A stretch of DNA of 53,602 nucleotides, filler included, from Squatina squatina (taxonomy: Eukaryota): the NCBI GenBank assembly GCA_031763465.1. It is 3 parts of 3 records of this genome, joined end to end, with 100 filler letters (N's around TTAATTAATTAA, not from the genome) between each part and the next. Parts side by side here need not be neighbours in the genome. Positions count along the whole stretch, not along the records: positions 1 to 17,801 come from JARFOE010000046.1; positions 17,902 to 37,646 come from JARFOE010000016.1; 1 more part is not named here. The stretch is one strand, 5' to 3'. The position numbers and the translations under genes are program-made. Positions 11,851-23,302 of this stretch are shown piece by piece. The notes under the pieces were generated by a model. That model worked only from the letters and a program-made list of their open reading frames with translations. It was not told where the DNA came from and ran no database searches. The first letter of the stretch is position 1, and each line of letters opens with the position of its first letter.

Positions 11851-12004
11851 TCAGAGATTGTTCTGAAGTTGCCGCAGAGCTGGTACATTGTTAATTTCTG
11901 ATTTAGGTTTGATTGCAGCTGCTGTCTCCTTGGTAACCAGCTCAAAGCAGCTCTGCATCGTCCGACTAACTGGCAACAGATGCTGCTTTGACCTCAGCCA
12001 CTTC
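11851..12004 (-). CDS. Candidate terminal coding exon of an unidentified gene
   Basis: Strong acceptor tttttctgtttccag|G, then KWLRSKQHLLPVSRTMQSCFELVTKE...QNNL*. Phase-compatible with 12237-12401. No homology recognised. Confidence 0.25.
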
Positions 12005-12236
12005 CTGGAAACAGAAAAATTGTCAAAATAAAAAAAAAAGATTAATGCGAGGAAGGTTTTCTACATAGGGGGAGCATGGCTTTTGAACAAAAAAAGTCAT
12101 TTGTTTTAGTTTGCCGGCTTGTCTTTTCCAATTGTCTTGAGATGTTTGACTAAATCTTAAAGAATCCACCACAAATTTATATTAGTGTCACGCCACGTTG
12201 CCAGCATTATTATCGTCTCTCCCATCGATGTCAGAC

Positions 12237-12401
12237 CTTTTTGACTGGATTGTATTCGAAGGCAGCTGCGAGCTTGCAATCGATGTAGACTGACATCCCA
12301 GAGGGGATCGTGTCACAAAGGTGACCGGGAATGTTGGTGCCATCGCGTTGGTGTGCAGAGAACTATTTGGTTTGCCAGGACAAATGCATGTTGCAGTGTT
12401 A
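12237..12401 (-). CDS. Candidate internal exon (165 nt, phase 2/2) of an unidentified gene
   Basis: gccaacag|...AG|gtctga boundaries around an open Ser/Thr/Pro-rich frame NTATCICPGKPNSSLHTNAMAPTFPV...QSK. No homology recognised. Confidence 0.22.
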
Positions 12402-15247
12402 CTGTTGGCACAAATAGTGATTATCAGACCAAAGTAAACTTAGATCACGTAGTACACGCGATGGCTTCCAACTGGGGGATGTGCGTTATATACTATTCTT
12501 CTAAACTGTGTGACTCTCTGAACTTAGAAACATGCTCCCTCACGCTCCTCGCTTGTATGTCAACACTGAAAAGCTTAAGACACTTCTCGAAAAATGATCA
12601 TGTGCGCCTCGATATCTGAAGATTAACGTGGGACTTTACTGGTTTGGTCTCTCCCGCTTTCAGCGTTGGCTTGGGATCACAGGAGCTGATAGTACAGAGG
12701 TTTGATTGTGAAACTGCCTTGTGAAGCATCAATAATTTAGGACCATGGAAATATGTTGAGGTTACGGTACTCACATCTGGTCCTGTTGCTGAGTCAGATT
12801 GCTTGTTCCTGGCACTTAGTTCACATTGAATTTCCCTCTGATGATTTTTTTTTTGCATGTGCTGGAGCAGTTGATACAAAGCGACAAGAGGTTTAACTCA
12901 TCTTGCTGAGTGAGCAAAGAGACAGTAGGCTTTATTATTTGACAGATATTAATCTATGTGCAAATACAATCATTTGCCAGGTTTTCTCAACCTTGTGCAC
13001 CTCCATTGCAGGAAAATCCCCGATTGCAATATATAAATCTGATAAAAGCATTGCTTTAAAGGTACAATTCCTTCTGGGTTCCGTTGTGCAGTGCCAGCAT
13101 GTCACCACTAAACCAATGGGATATAAACGTAAAACAGACTCCACATAGCTTCTGGCCTAGAAACTGGATAACGCTGGAAACCTGTCGGTAACATTGGCGG
13201 CCAAGGATAACTGCCGACAGCTGAGAGTACACAGGCAGTACCGGCGTTTTGGCATAGCCTGCACATTGTCATCAGCGTAGTGGTGATTTGCTGGTGCAAC
13301 GCGCTCTTTGCAGTGCTAATCTCAGGAGGCCAAATTTCGCCTCGGTCATCCGCTCGCAGTGTAGGGGAGTGGGGAGTCTTCCCAAAAATATTAGCTGCTC
13401 TTTATCGATTTTTATGTTTGCTGATGACTTGAATACAGGTAAAAGAGATTTTATCACAGATCATTTTCAATCATTGCAATGGAGNNNNNNNNNNNNNNNN
13501 NNNNNNNNNNNNNNNNNNNNNNNNNNNNNNNNNNNNNNNNNNNNNNNNNNNNNNNNNNNNNNNNNNNNNNNNNNNNNNNNNNNNTACATATCAGGAAAGG
13601 GTGAACAGGCTGGGTCTTTTTTCTTTTGAAAAAAGAAATATTTCACGTATTATCCCATTGTAACCTAGTTGCCTACTAATTTTAAGTGAAAAGTCTCTTC
13701 TCGCAAGAGGCTGTCACCTAATACCCAGGATGGACTGTGGGTTGGTAACAAAGGGCCCAGGATGGAGGATACAGTTTCTTTTCAATCAATCAGAAGATCT
13801 AACACACCACAAATCTTGCTTAAAACCTATGTTCTACAAGGAGTCCGATGTTGAAAAAACATCAGCATCCACCTTACATAATATTTAATGTCATTCTTTT
13901 CCTTGTGGTGACTCTGCAGTTTGACTGAACATTCAATTATCAGTAATCGCAACTCCGATTCACCTCATTGGGTTGTGATATTAGCTCTGCATGAAGGACA
14001 GGCTATTTGAGCGCACCAGCCCTTTGTGTTTTCTTTAAAATAAATCCAAAATTCTATACATTATAAATGGCGTTCTAGACATGTCTCTTTTAGCTGTGAG
14101 GAGGAATTCGAACACTTATGGAGTCTTCCCTGGAATCGGGATCTAGTGAGGGCTGAAAATGAGCACGACTGTGTTATGTAATCTGAGATTTACAAACACC
14201 TTCCAGGTTCTGTGGTATTTCATGCTGTTTTTCTTTCCCTCAACACATTGCAGTTAGATAAAAAGATTTATAAATTTGATAGTACAGATGTATTTTTTTT
14301 AAATTCAGGAGTTTTGTGTTTTTAATTAGAATTCTGTGCCTTGGCAAGGTTTAAAATAAAAATTGTAAAATAATCTGCAAACTTTCCTGAATAAAATACA
14401 GCTGTGAAACATTTTCCACCTAACTGGGCTGTTAGATTCGCAGATAGCAATGCAGTTAAACTCCCTTATATGGTAGCTGTTGGCTTTCTATGTTCGTATT
14501 GTGATCGCAAGTGCCCATTTGAGTAAATCCCTGGGCTGAGTTACAAATGACAAACTTTTACAATTCTGACAATAATAGATCCTTCGTTAAATTTTACAAT
14601 ATTAAAATTCCAAAGACGCGGCTTCCATTTTCTGACGAAACTCCTGCTGTTCCTCGAGCTTCACGCGGGCTGCTCTGCTAACAGGTTAACTCGACCTGGT
14701 CTTTTGCATTAGCCTTTCTGCTCATGATGTCATGCGATGGAACAGTAACAAAAAGAGGGGGAAAAAAGAGCAAATTCGGAAATTAAATGAATTCCGACTT
14801 TTGAGAGCTGCGTTTTAGTAAGAAGCCAGCTGCCTGTCAGGATTTAGCATTTGCTTGATAGTGGCCATGTCCACCTGGCTCAGCCCGTACAGTCTAAACC
14901 GATCAATGTTAGCTCGGGCAGTAAATATTCCACTTCACTTCACTTTCCTCTGAGGTGCAACATATTCTAGCTGTACTAATGATCTCAGATGGTGGTTGCA
15001 CAGTGGATGTGGGTCAAGCTATTTTTCAGATCTGTAAGGCCTGAGCAGGAGACCTTCAGTAAAGTGATGTGCCAATTCCAAACACCAGTAAATTGTCATT
15101 TCGCTTTGCAAATGAGAGACCAAATGTGACCAGCCAGAAAGATTTTAGAAGCATCATAACCTTCTATAACCACTTTCAATGTGTGACAGGTTCCACCAAT
15201 ATCATCACTGAAGCAATAGCTCCTCTACTTTAACAAAAGGTCGATAC

Positions 15248-15359
15248 TAGTGAAGTGAATGGTTAGAGATTGATAGATTTCCAGATATTAAAGGCATCAA
15301 GGGATATGGGGATAGTGCAGGAAAATGGTGTTGAGGTAGAAGATCAGCCATGATCTTGT
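15248..15359 (+). mobile_element. CR1/HER1 LINE 3' end fragment
   Basis: gagattgatagattt...gggatatggggatagtgcaggaaaatgg...agatcagccatgatct matches the copy at 20888-21284. Confidence 0.8.
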
Positions 15360-15459
15360 NNNNNNNNNNNNNNNNNNNNNNNNNNNNNNNNNNNNNNNNN
15401 NNNNNNNNNNNNNNNNNNNNNNNNNNNNNNNNNNNNNNNNNNNNNNNNNNNNNNNNNNN

Positions 15460-15732
15460 TCTCTTGAGCATCTCTGATTTTAATTGCTCAACCCTTGGTG
15501 GCCGTGTCTTCAGCTGTCTCATCCGTAAGCTCTGGAATTCCCTCCCTAAATCTCTCCACCTCTCTACCCGTCTTTCCTCCCTTAAGATGCTCTTTAAAAC
15601 CTACATCTTCATCGGCCCTAGTTTCTCCTTATGTCGCTCAGTGTCAAATTTTGTTTTACAACACTCCTGTGAAGTGCTTTGGTGTGTTTTACTATATTAA
15701 ATGCGGTATATAAATACAAGTTGTTGTTGTTG
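15460..15732 (+). mobile_element. L2-type LINE 3' end
   Basis: GGRVFS...KLWNSLP...LKxxFKTY C-terminus followed by a tail ending tatataaatacaag(ttg)n. Confidence 0.75.
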
Positions 15733-17554
15733 CTGTAACGCTTTCATGATTTTGTTTTCATGGAACCCTGTTTAAAATCACCAAGTACATGGTTAAAGAC
15801 TCACCAACAACTCTTGCCCTGCATTAAGTCATCTCTTGTTTAATTCGACGATAATTAAACCACAGTCCAAAAATAACAGAAGAAGCAACCATATTGTGAT
15901 AGCCCATAAGTTGAGGTAGACTTGATGTCTGACAATTCCAAATCTTGGTAGTGATAGCTCGTGTCAGTACCTACCGAGCTCCCAGTGTGGTTAATCGTAT
16001 CACTTAGTGTGGGTATTTGATAAGGTCATGGTGGGCCAGTCTTGTAAGCAAATTCCACCATCTACCTTCCCAAGTCCTCCTGATCAGGATCACTATTTTT
16101 TCTTAAATCTTATTGCCTGCTGTCCTGTACGCACACATGGACGATATCACTCCAAGAAAAATCTGGAAGCTATAACACACGTCACGTACAGGAATCACTA
16201 AGCAGACTGTTTTAGTACAAATAAAACATTTGAAAATGTTAAAACCTGGAAAGGGGACAGGAAATTGAATAACACTTAAAATTTCATTAAATTGAATTGG
16301 ACATCACAAAGTCAGTGGATTTATGAACAATTTTAAAATAATCATTGTGAACGATTTTACCCGATATGCTTATTTAATTTTTTTTTTAAATCTGGCCGGT
16401 TATAGCAGGCTGAACTAGCAATAGATCATACAGCCCAGGACATTTATTTTTAGCGGGGCCCACAATTCAGCGACGTTGCACTTTTTAAAATTGTTTTCCA
16501 TACTTCAGGCGGCCATTTTGTAATTTTTATTAGCACCATATGGGGCAGCCATTTTATAACCAGAAAGAATTTGTTTTAGATTTACATTTTGTACTTATTT
16601 TCTTCCAGGCACGTCACTATTGTCATATGGGCATTCCTATGTATTTGCAAATATTGTGTTAAGCAGATAATAACTACTATAGCACAAACATATGGTTATA
16701 CTGCTAACTTCCGACAAGAGTACTATAGAAATGTTACTGCCATAGTGACTGCTCCTTTAAAAAGGAAAACTCAGTACTGGTTTTTGTTTTACAATTCCAA
16801 CTGTTTATTGAGAAACATAATCCTCTGCTGAGTCTTTAACCATGTGTTGCTTATCATAGAGAAATCAGCTGGTAGTGTTGCATATTTTCCTCCATCACTG
16901 TTGCACCATTTGCAGCTTTTTCATCCAGTGAATCATAGGCACTAGTCAACAATCATATCAAACCAGTGTTTTATTTTAATAATGTCCACAAGCTAAACTT
17001 AAAATAAAATGCAAATTAAATATTTGTCAAAAAAACACTTTTCCTTTTTGATTTGGTTGACCTTTTTCCATTGTAATTTGATGCTTCCTCAGATCGGCTT
17101 CCCCCCCACCCCCTCTCCAATAGACTGGTTCTATTTAGAACTGGGCTGCTTAAATAAGATGGTTTGTTGACTAGTTCTACTGACCCATAACAAGTGTTCT
17201 CCCTTAAAGGGGGACACATGCGGAAAAAAAATAATTGGGGCCCGTCTAACTGAGAATATCAACAAAAGCCAGATGTGAAAAGCTGATGTTGCAAAGTATA
17301 ACTAAATGGAAGATGGAGTGCACAGGGCTCATTGGCCCAAGAAACTTTCCACACAGTCAATGGATTGTATATACACAGGTATTCCAAGGCTGCTAATGTG
17401 TAGCTGAAAGCTCAACATGGCTAAGCAGTTGAAGAAAACCTTCATGGTGAACTTTCATTTCCTGGACTTCAAAATGGTCACTACACCAGTTGACCAAAAA
17501 CAAACAGGTGGAGAGAGAAAAATCCAAGTGGTTCCTTTGTAGCCGGGTCCTGGA

Positions 17555-17720
17555 CTGGCAATAGAGGGCTGCAGTTTCCCACACTGCAGATATATTGGCC
17601 AACTTTAACTGACCTAACAGAGTCCCACATTACAACAGTGGCTACATTCCAAAAGTTCTTCAATGGCTGTAAAGCACTTTGAGACTTCGGTGGTTGTGAA
17701 AGGCGCTATATAAATGTAAG
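17555..17720 (+). mobile_element. Deu-SINE 3' tail
   Basis: cattacaacagtggctaca...caatggctgtaaagcacttt...gaaaggcgctatataaatg. Confidence 0.75.
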
Positions 17721-17801
17721 AAATGCTCAGCAGGTCAGGCAGCATCTGTGGAGAGAGAAACAGAGTTAACGTTTCAGGTCAAGAAACATTAACGCTGTTT
17801 C
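17721..17801 (-). mobile_element. Penelope-like terminal repeat with an inverted partial duplication
   Basis: Reverse complement of the 6247 motif. gaaacagagttaacgtttc and gaaacattaacgctgtttc form an inverted repeat. Confidence 0.6.
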
Positions 17802-17845
17802 NNNNNNNNNNNNNNNNNNNNNNNNNNNNNNNNNNNNNNNNNNNN

Positions 17846-17857
17846 TTAATTAATTAA
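17846..17857. other. Artificial scaffold-joining linker (six-frame stop)
   Basis: TTAATTAATTAA flanked by 44 N on each side. Confidence 0.95.
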
Positions 17858-18574
17858 NNNNNNNNNNNNNNNNNNNNNNNNNNNNNNNNNNNNNNNNNNN
17901 NGAATATATCAGAAAACACAGATAGATTATGTGCTTTGGTGCTAAATCCAGTAAAATGTGGACATTTAAAATCAGGCAATGGGAATAATTGATGACTCGT
18001 CACCCATAGATAGTATAATGTAGAGCAACAACGAACTGCAGCTTTTCAGTCGATCACACTAATACAGACTTCAAGCACACATAATTTCATGTCATCTCCC
18101 CATCAACAATCAAACAGCTGCAGCCACTTAATAAATTACATTCCAGCAAATATGAATGCAACAGCATCAATCTCGTGTGCAAACTGCACAATCTGTATAA
18201 ATATATCAAAAGTGTTTCACGAGACCCCAACTACTACAATCAGCACTTTTCCTCCATGTATTTATAGTGAATCCCCCAAGGTGGTTTAAAGGGACAGCTT
18301 GAATCATAAATGATTTTTATGAGAGGCTTTATACAAGCTTAACCCTTTCAATTCTGAATGACTTGCAACATGTTTAATAGCGAAGCAGGAACCTGTTAGT
18401 ACAAAAGATTATCCAGCGAGACAAACGGCAATAGAAGAATAAAAAAAATAAACAGCAGGGTAATTACCACAACGGGTCATAAAAGCTCAAGTGACACCAG
18501 AAAAAAGAGAATTAGTATTAGTATACAAAGAGAATTAGTATAGAAATAGTTCACATAATCTTCTTAACAAAAAG

Positions 18575-19041
18575 GGGAGGACCAGAGCGCCAGCAGCCGC
18601 CATCTATAAATATTGGTTGACTCTGTAGTTGGCCAACCTGATGGTATGGTGGGCCAGGCCACAACTGGGCCGCCATTCCCTTACCTGTCAAGCCTACTTA
18701 CTGGCCTGCCAGGCTGGGGGCCCGGTGAACGGTCATCCTGGTGGCCCAGTGGCAGACCGTGGGGAACCATTGTGGCAGGCAGTGGCCCTCCCCTCTAAGC
18801 AGCGCTAGGCAGTGCTGAAGCGGCGCGCTGGCCTTGGCATGGTGGTGCTGACGTCATCAGCGTCCCACACCAGCTGAGCGCCAACACAACACCCCGGAAG
18901 CGAGCCGGACAGCGCTCCGACTCGCTCCCGCCGTGGTACTGGGAATACCGCAGCCGGGGCACAGTTTTGGGAGCAGCCGCAAAAAAATGCCGGATCCCAA
19001 GCTTCACGGCCACGGAATAGGATGCCAGGGAATTTCACCCC
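18575..19041 (+). repeat. GC-rich interspersed repeat family, copy 2
   Basis: gccgccatct...gttgactct..gttggccaac, tggcccagtgg, ctgacgtcatcagc and the end aatttcacccc are shared with the 9074 copy. Confidence 0.6.
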
Positions 19042-19788
19042 CGTTGTCCCTTACTGAAGCCTCCCAACCAGGTTATACCTTCCATCACCTGTGCAGCCCA
19101 AACCACAATGATGACAGTTTGGTCCATATTACCAAATCACACCTTCATCTCTCCCCATATTGCTTTGGCACCTTCTCCTTCAACCATTTCAAATAGTTCC
19201 TCCCTTCTCACCTCCTTACAAATTTAATTTTTCTACTGTCCCTCAAGCACCATCCTGAGTTTCTCAACAAAATATCCTCCCTCCCTTCTTCCCTNNNNNN
19301 NNNNNNNNNNNNNNNNNNNNNNNNNNNNNNNNNNNNNNNNNNNNNNNNNNNNNNNNNNNNNNNNNNNNNNNNNNNNNNNNNNNNNNNNNNNNNNAAAATC
19401 TTTCTTCCCTAATATATTCTGAACATTTTCTGTGACACAGTAGAAACAAATGGACACTTTTAAAGCAAATGAATTTTCAAATATTATAAAAACTAAAAAA
19501 GAGCATTGTGGATGTTTGTAAACCACTCAAATTTCACGAGGTTATAACATCACTCCCCCATATACATTATTCCTAAGGACCATTTTTTATTGCATCAAAT
19601 GTACTTTCTGGATGGAAAAAAAAACATGTGTTTGTACCATTAAGTGGAAATAATATTATACCAGTTTGTATCCAGAGGCATTTTTCAGCAGTACCGCCAA
19701 GGTGTCCAGTGGTGCTTCTCGTTCTAAGTATGGCCATTAAATGCAAGATGTATTGGATATTAACCTTTCGAACTCTTGCGTATTTTTC

Positions 19789-20017
19789 AACAACTTGAAT
19801 TTATATAGCGCCATAGCGCCATAGTAAAACATCCCATGGCGCTTCAGTGGATCGTTACCTGACAAAATTTGATACTGAGCCACATAAAGAGATATTAGAG
19901 CAAGTGACCAGAATTTGATCTAAGAGATAGGTTTTAAAGGAGGAGAGAGAGGTAGACAGGCAGAGAGGTTTAAGGAGGCAATTCCAGAGCTTCGGGCCTT
20001 GGCAGCTGCAGGCACGT
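19789..20017 (-). mobile_element. L2-type LINE 3' end
   Basis: Reverse-complement similarity to 15460-15732 (caacaacttg.atttatatagcgc...aattccagagctt). Confidence 0.75.
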
Positions 20018-20467
20018 CTGAATTTAATTTAATGTCATTAAACTAATGACATTAATTTATTTAATGAGTGCAACAATGGATTTGGTGAACCAGTTTGGTC
20101 CTACAGATTTTAACACCCACGAAAGTCACGGCTTCTAATGAGCTACATTCATTTCATTATTCGTACTGTTATTTAACCTATGATGTGCTCATTTTCTGTT
20201 TGGTAGACATTTTGTTGCCAGTTTTCATACTAGGTTCATTTTCCATGTAATTTAAAACTGAGGAATGAAAAGTTGACATTTTAACTTCCAGTGTTTTTTT
20301 CCTACATATACCTCACTCTACATTCAAATCTTGCACAGCCAAGGTTTATTGTGATGGTTGGAGTATGCATTGTGCTGTGTTGTAGCACAGTCAGCTACCC
20401 TCCAGTTTAAGCAAACCGGAACTGATAAGGAGATTGCATTCATAAATGCAAAACATCTTACACAGAC

Positions 20468-20693
20468 CTGCACTGCGTATTTGTAGAACTGCTGCGAAAG
20501 GTCACTCAGCTCCCCAATACCATTTGTGTATTGCTCCAGCCGATCAAGTTGTTCCACTTCAGCCACTGGATACGGCTTCTCCTTCAGCACCTCAACTATG
20601 TGAAACCTACAGAGTCCTGTGATCAACAGAGTGTAGTGTGGTTTTGGCCAATTACTACCCACTACCTGTACAGCAATACCAGCTGTGCCAATC
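20468..20693 (-). CDS. LONP2: Peroxisomal Lon protease 2, N-domain exon (equivalent to exon 2)
   Basis: IGTAGIAVQVVGSNWPKPHYTLLITGLCRFHIVEVLKEKPYPVAEVEQLDRLE...FYKYAVQ is nearly identical to human LONP2 as I recall it. Splice sites ttttatttgtag| and CAG|gtctgt; 226 nt. Confidence 0.97.
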
Positions 20694-20887
20694 CTACAAA
20701 TAAAAAGAGAAAAAAACAACCAGTCAGCAAACAAAAAAGGTCGAGTGTGAAGTGACCTTTTTTTTTAATTTTAAAAAGAGCAGGAACCCTTGGTGATTTT
20801 CTTTTCCTCTCCCCAACCCAGGGGCAGTGTGCCCCAACTATTTATTCTACTGGGATCAGCTATCTCATCACAGACCAAAGGTCAAGT

Positions 20888-21284
20888 CTAGAAGAACGAG
20901 AGGTGATCTCAGTGAAGCATACAAAATTATTTCAGGGATCGACAGGGTAGATGCAGGAAGGATGTTTCCCCTGGCTGGGGGATCTAGAACCAGGGGTCAC
21001 AGTCTTAAAATAAAGGGTAGGCCATTTCGGACTGAGATGAGGAGAAATTTCTTCACTCAGAGGGTGGTGAATATTTGGAATTCTGTACCCCAGAGGGCTG
21101 TGGAGGCTCAGTCACTAAGTATGTTCAAGACCAAGATCGATAGATTTTTAGGCATTAAGGGAATCGAGGGATATGGGGAGAGTGCAGGAAAATGGCGTCG
21201 AGGTAGAAGATCAGCAATGATCTTATTGAATGGTGGAGCAGGCTTGAGGGGCCGAATGGCCTACTCCTGCTCCGAGTTCTTGTG
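20888..21284 (+). mobile_element. CR1/HER1 LINE 3' end (ORF2 C-terminus plus tail)
   Basis: RRTRGDLSEAYKII...TRGHSLKI...RRNFFTQRVVNIWNSVP is the canonical CR1 ORF2 C-terminus. Confidence 0.92.
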
Positions 21285-21659
21285 TAGTATTTGTTCAGAT
21301 GATGGCATAAATCACAGATTATCAATGCTCCCTCAACCTAAAATGTGTTGTGGCACTGGAAAATGTCACTCTCTATTTTTGTTTTTAATATAGTTTAAAT
21401 GCTCATTCCTAAGTCATACACTGATTAAATATACAANNNNNNNNNNNNNNNNNNNNNNNNNNNNNNNNNNNNNNNNNNNNNNNNNNNNNNNNNNNNNNNN
21501 NNNNNNNNNNNNNNNNNNNNNNNNNNNNNNNNNNNNGTTTCCTTAAAATTCAAAAGATGAAACAACATCATTAACCAGGAACAAGATTTCAAATAATGCA
21601 CATTTTAAATAAACCCAGAGCTGATGCGGACATTTTATGCTTCTCATTTTCTAATACAG

Positions 21660-21808
21660 ATGTGCGGAAGGATGAACAAAAGCTATTAGAAAAAGCAGGA
21701 TATGTTCAGATTGTGAATACTTCAGTTACCCCAGTTGTACCAACATGGGTCACAGTCTTCATGCTTATTGCATACACACTGTTAGGATATGAGTTGACAG
21801 CATCCACG
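21660..21808 (+). CDS. ABCC12: ABCC12 (MRP9)-like ABC transporter, TMD1 exon
   Basis: DVRKDEQKLLEKAGYVQIVNTSVTPVVPTWVTVFMLIAYTLLGYELTAST carries the KLLEKAG motif of the ABCC5/11/12 group. tacag| and ACG|gtaaga; 149 nt. Confidence 0.9.
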
Positions 21809-21917
21809 GTAAGAGTTAATGGAGAGAATACTGCTAATGCACTTACTGAAGAGTAATCCTGACTAGTTGTAAATTAATTCCATTAAACCTTACCTTTTAT
21901 TTATCTCATTGCTCTAG

Positions 21918-22025
21918 GCATTTACTATGATTGCAGTTTTCAATGCAATGAAATTCACAATAGCCAGTCTGCCATTTTCAGTTAAAGCATTTGCAGAGGC
22001 CAAAGTTTCTTTAAGAAGACTAAAG
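21918..22025 (+). CDS. ABCC12: ABCC12-like, last TMD1 exon
   Basis: AFTMIAVFNAMKFTIASLPFSVKAFAEAKVSLRRLK. ctctag| and AAG|gtaaat; 108 nt, in phase with the previous exon. Confidence 0.92.
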
Positions 22026-22215
22026 GTAAATCAGTACCTCTACTAATAATTTTACACTTAGCCGTTTAAATATATATGAATGTTGTTTTGAAAAACATAA
22101 TTAAACAATTCTCAANNNNNNNNNNNNNNNNNNNNNNNNNNNNNNNNNNNNNNNNNNNNNNNNNNNNNNNNNNNNNNNNNNNNNNNNNNNNNNNNNNNNN
22201 NNNNNNNNNNNNNNN

Positions 22216-22670
22216 GGGGGGTGCCAGCACTCCGTGCCGCCATCTTTTCTGGATTGCCGACTCTCGGGTCAGCTCCATGATGGCGGCCCTAGCGTGGCCC
22301 GGGTCGCCATCATGCAGCTCAGCACTCTGTTTTGGGTGCTGGGCTGCAGGGCCGGTCCCACGCTGCCCTGGTGACCTAGTGGAGGCCATTGGAGCCCTTG
22401 CAGAGTGTGCAGCAGCCCTCCCCTTTAAGCGAAGGGGAAGGGTTTTGTAGCGCGTGACCCGGAGCATCTGTGTAACATTTCATTCACTGCCCCAGTAGCA
22501 CCCCGAGAGTCGCCCCTAAAAGAAGCGGATCGTGCGAGATTGGGCTCCGCTCCCTTTGAGGGGTAGTAAGCCCAATTCAGCGTCGGAGGCGGGACCTCTG
22601 TGCCGGGCGCAGAAAGTCCCAGCCCCAGCTGGTTACCGCTCCCAATCGGGGCACAGGGCAATTTTGCCCT
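22216..22670 (+). repeat. GC-rich interspersed repeat family, copy 3
   Basis: Shares motifs with the 9074 and 18575 copies; ends gggcaattttgccc. Confidence 0.65.
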
Positions 22671-23187
22671 CATAGTTGTTCCGTTGTGGATCTCCTGAAT
22701 CAATGCCAGTTTTCTTTAGTGAAGTTTGTGATTAAACAAATAAGTGCATGAAATGACTTCAAGGTGAGGAAAATTGCACTATGTGATTGTGATATGTACA
22801 GCACTGTGTGACTGAGAGATGTGTTGCACTGTTTGATTGTAGTGTCACTGTACTTGTTTATATTGGAAAAATTTAACAGTGATGATTGAACTATAGAACA
22901 AAATTTCCAAATCTGTTGTTCAACTGCTTTGTAAACCTACAGGTATAAGAAGGTGATTGAAGTCTGCTGTCTAGAACAGGACCTGTCTATACTCCCGTTT
23001 GGAGATTTAACTGAAGTAAGAAACTCTAGTTTACTTTCAGAAGATAAGTCTCAGAGATAGTCGATCAGATATTCCACAGTAAATGAAAATGTTAATTGAT
23101 TTTTTCAATTAAACCAAAGATAGGAGATTATGAAATGTAAGCTCGGTGTTGCGCAGTGAATGGATGCAGACTGTCAGTGATCGATAC

Positions 23188-23302
23188 CTTGCTCATGGTG
23201 ATTGGAAACTGTTGCCAGCAGCCCTCCTACTCGCTCACAAGCAGCCTTTGCTTCAATCCAGTTAACACGATCCATTTTATTATATCCGTGTATCTGGAAA
23301 CA
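23188..23302 (-). CDS. C-type lectin domain exon, macrophage mannose receptor (MRC1)-like
   Basis: CFQIHGYNKMDRVNWIEAKAACERVGGLLATVSNHHEQ fits the CTLD N-half pattern C-F...W.EA...C...GG.L..I....EQ. Long polypyrimidine tract tctccacag| and G|gtatcg; 115 nt, phase 0/1. Confidence 0.88.

Noticed and set aside
14094-14181. Possible terminal exon CEEEFEHLWSLPWNRDLVRAENEHDCVM*
   Set aside because: Only an acceptor and a short frame, with no partner exon or homology.
14632-14670. Hammerhead ribozyme starting CTGACGA
   Set aside because: No GAAA after a stem II and no closing stems.
20827-21393. 188-aa plus-strand ORF as a host gene
   Set aside because: It is the C-terminus and tail of a CR1 LINE.
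21596-21856. Fibronectin-III-like reading of the antisense strand
   Set aside because: The plus strand is a clear ABCC12 exon with correct splice sites.
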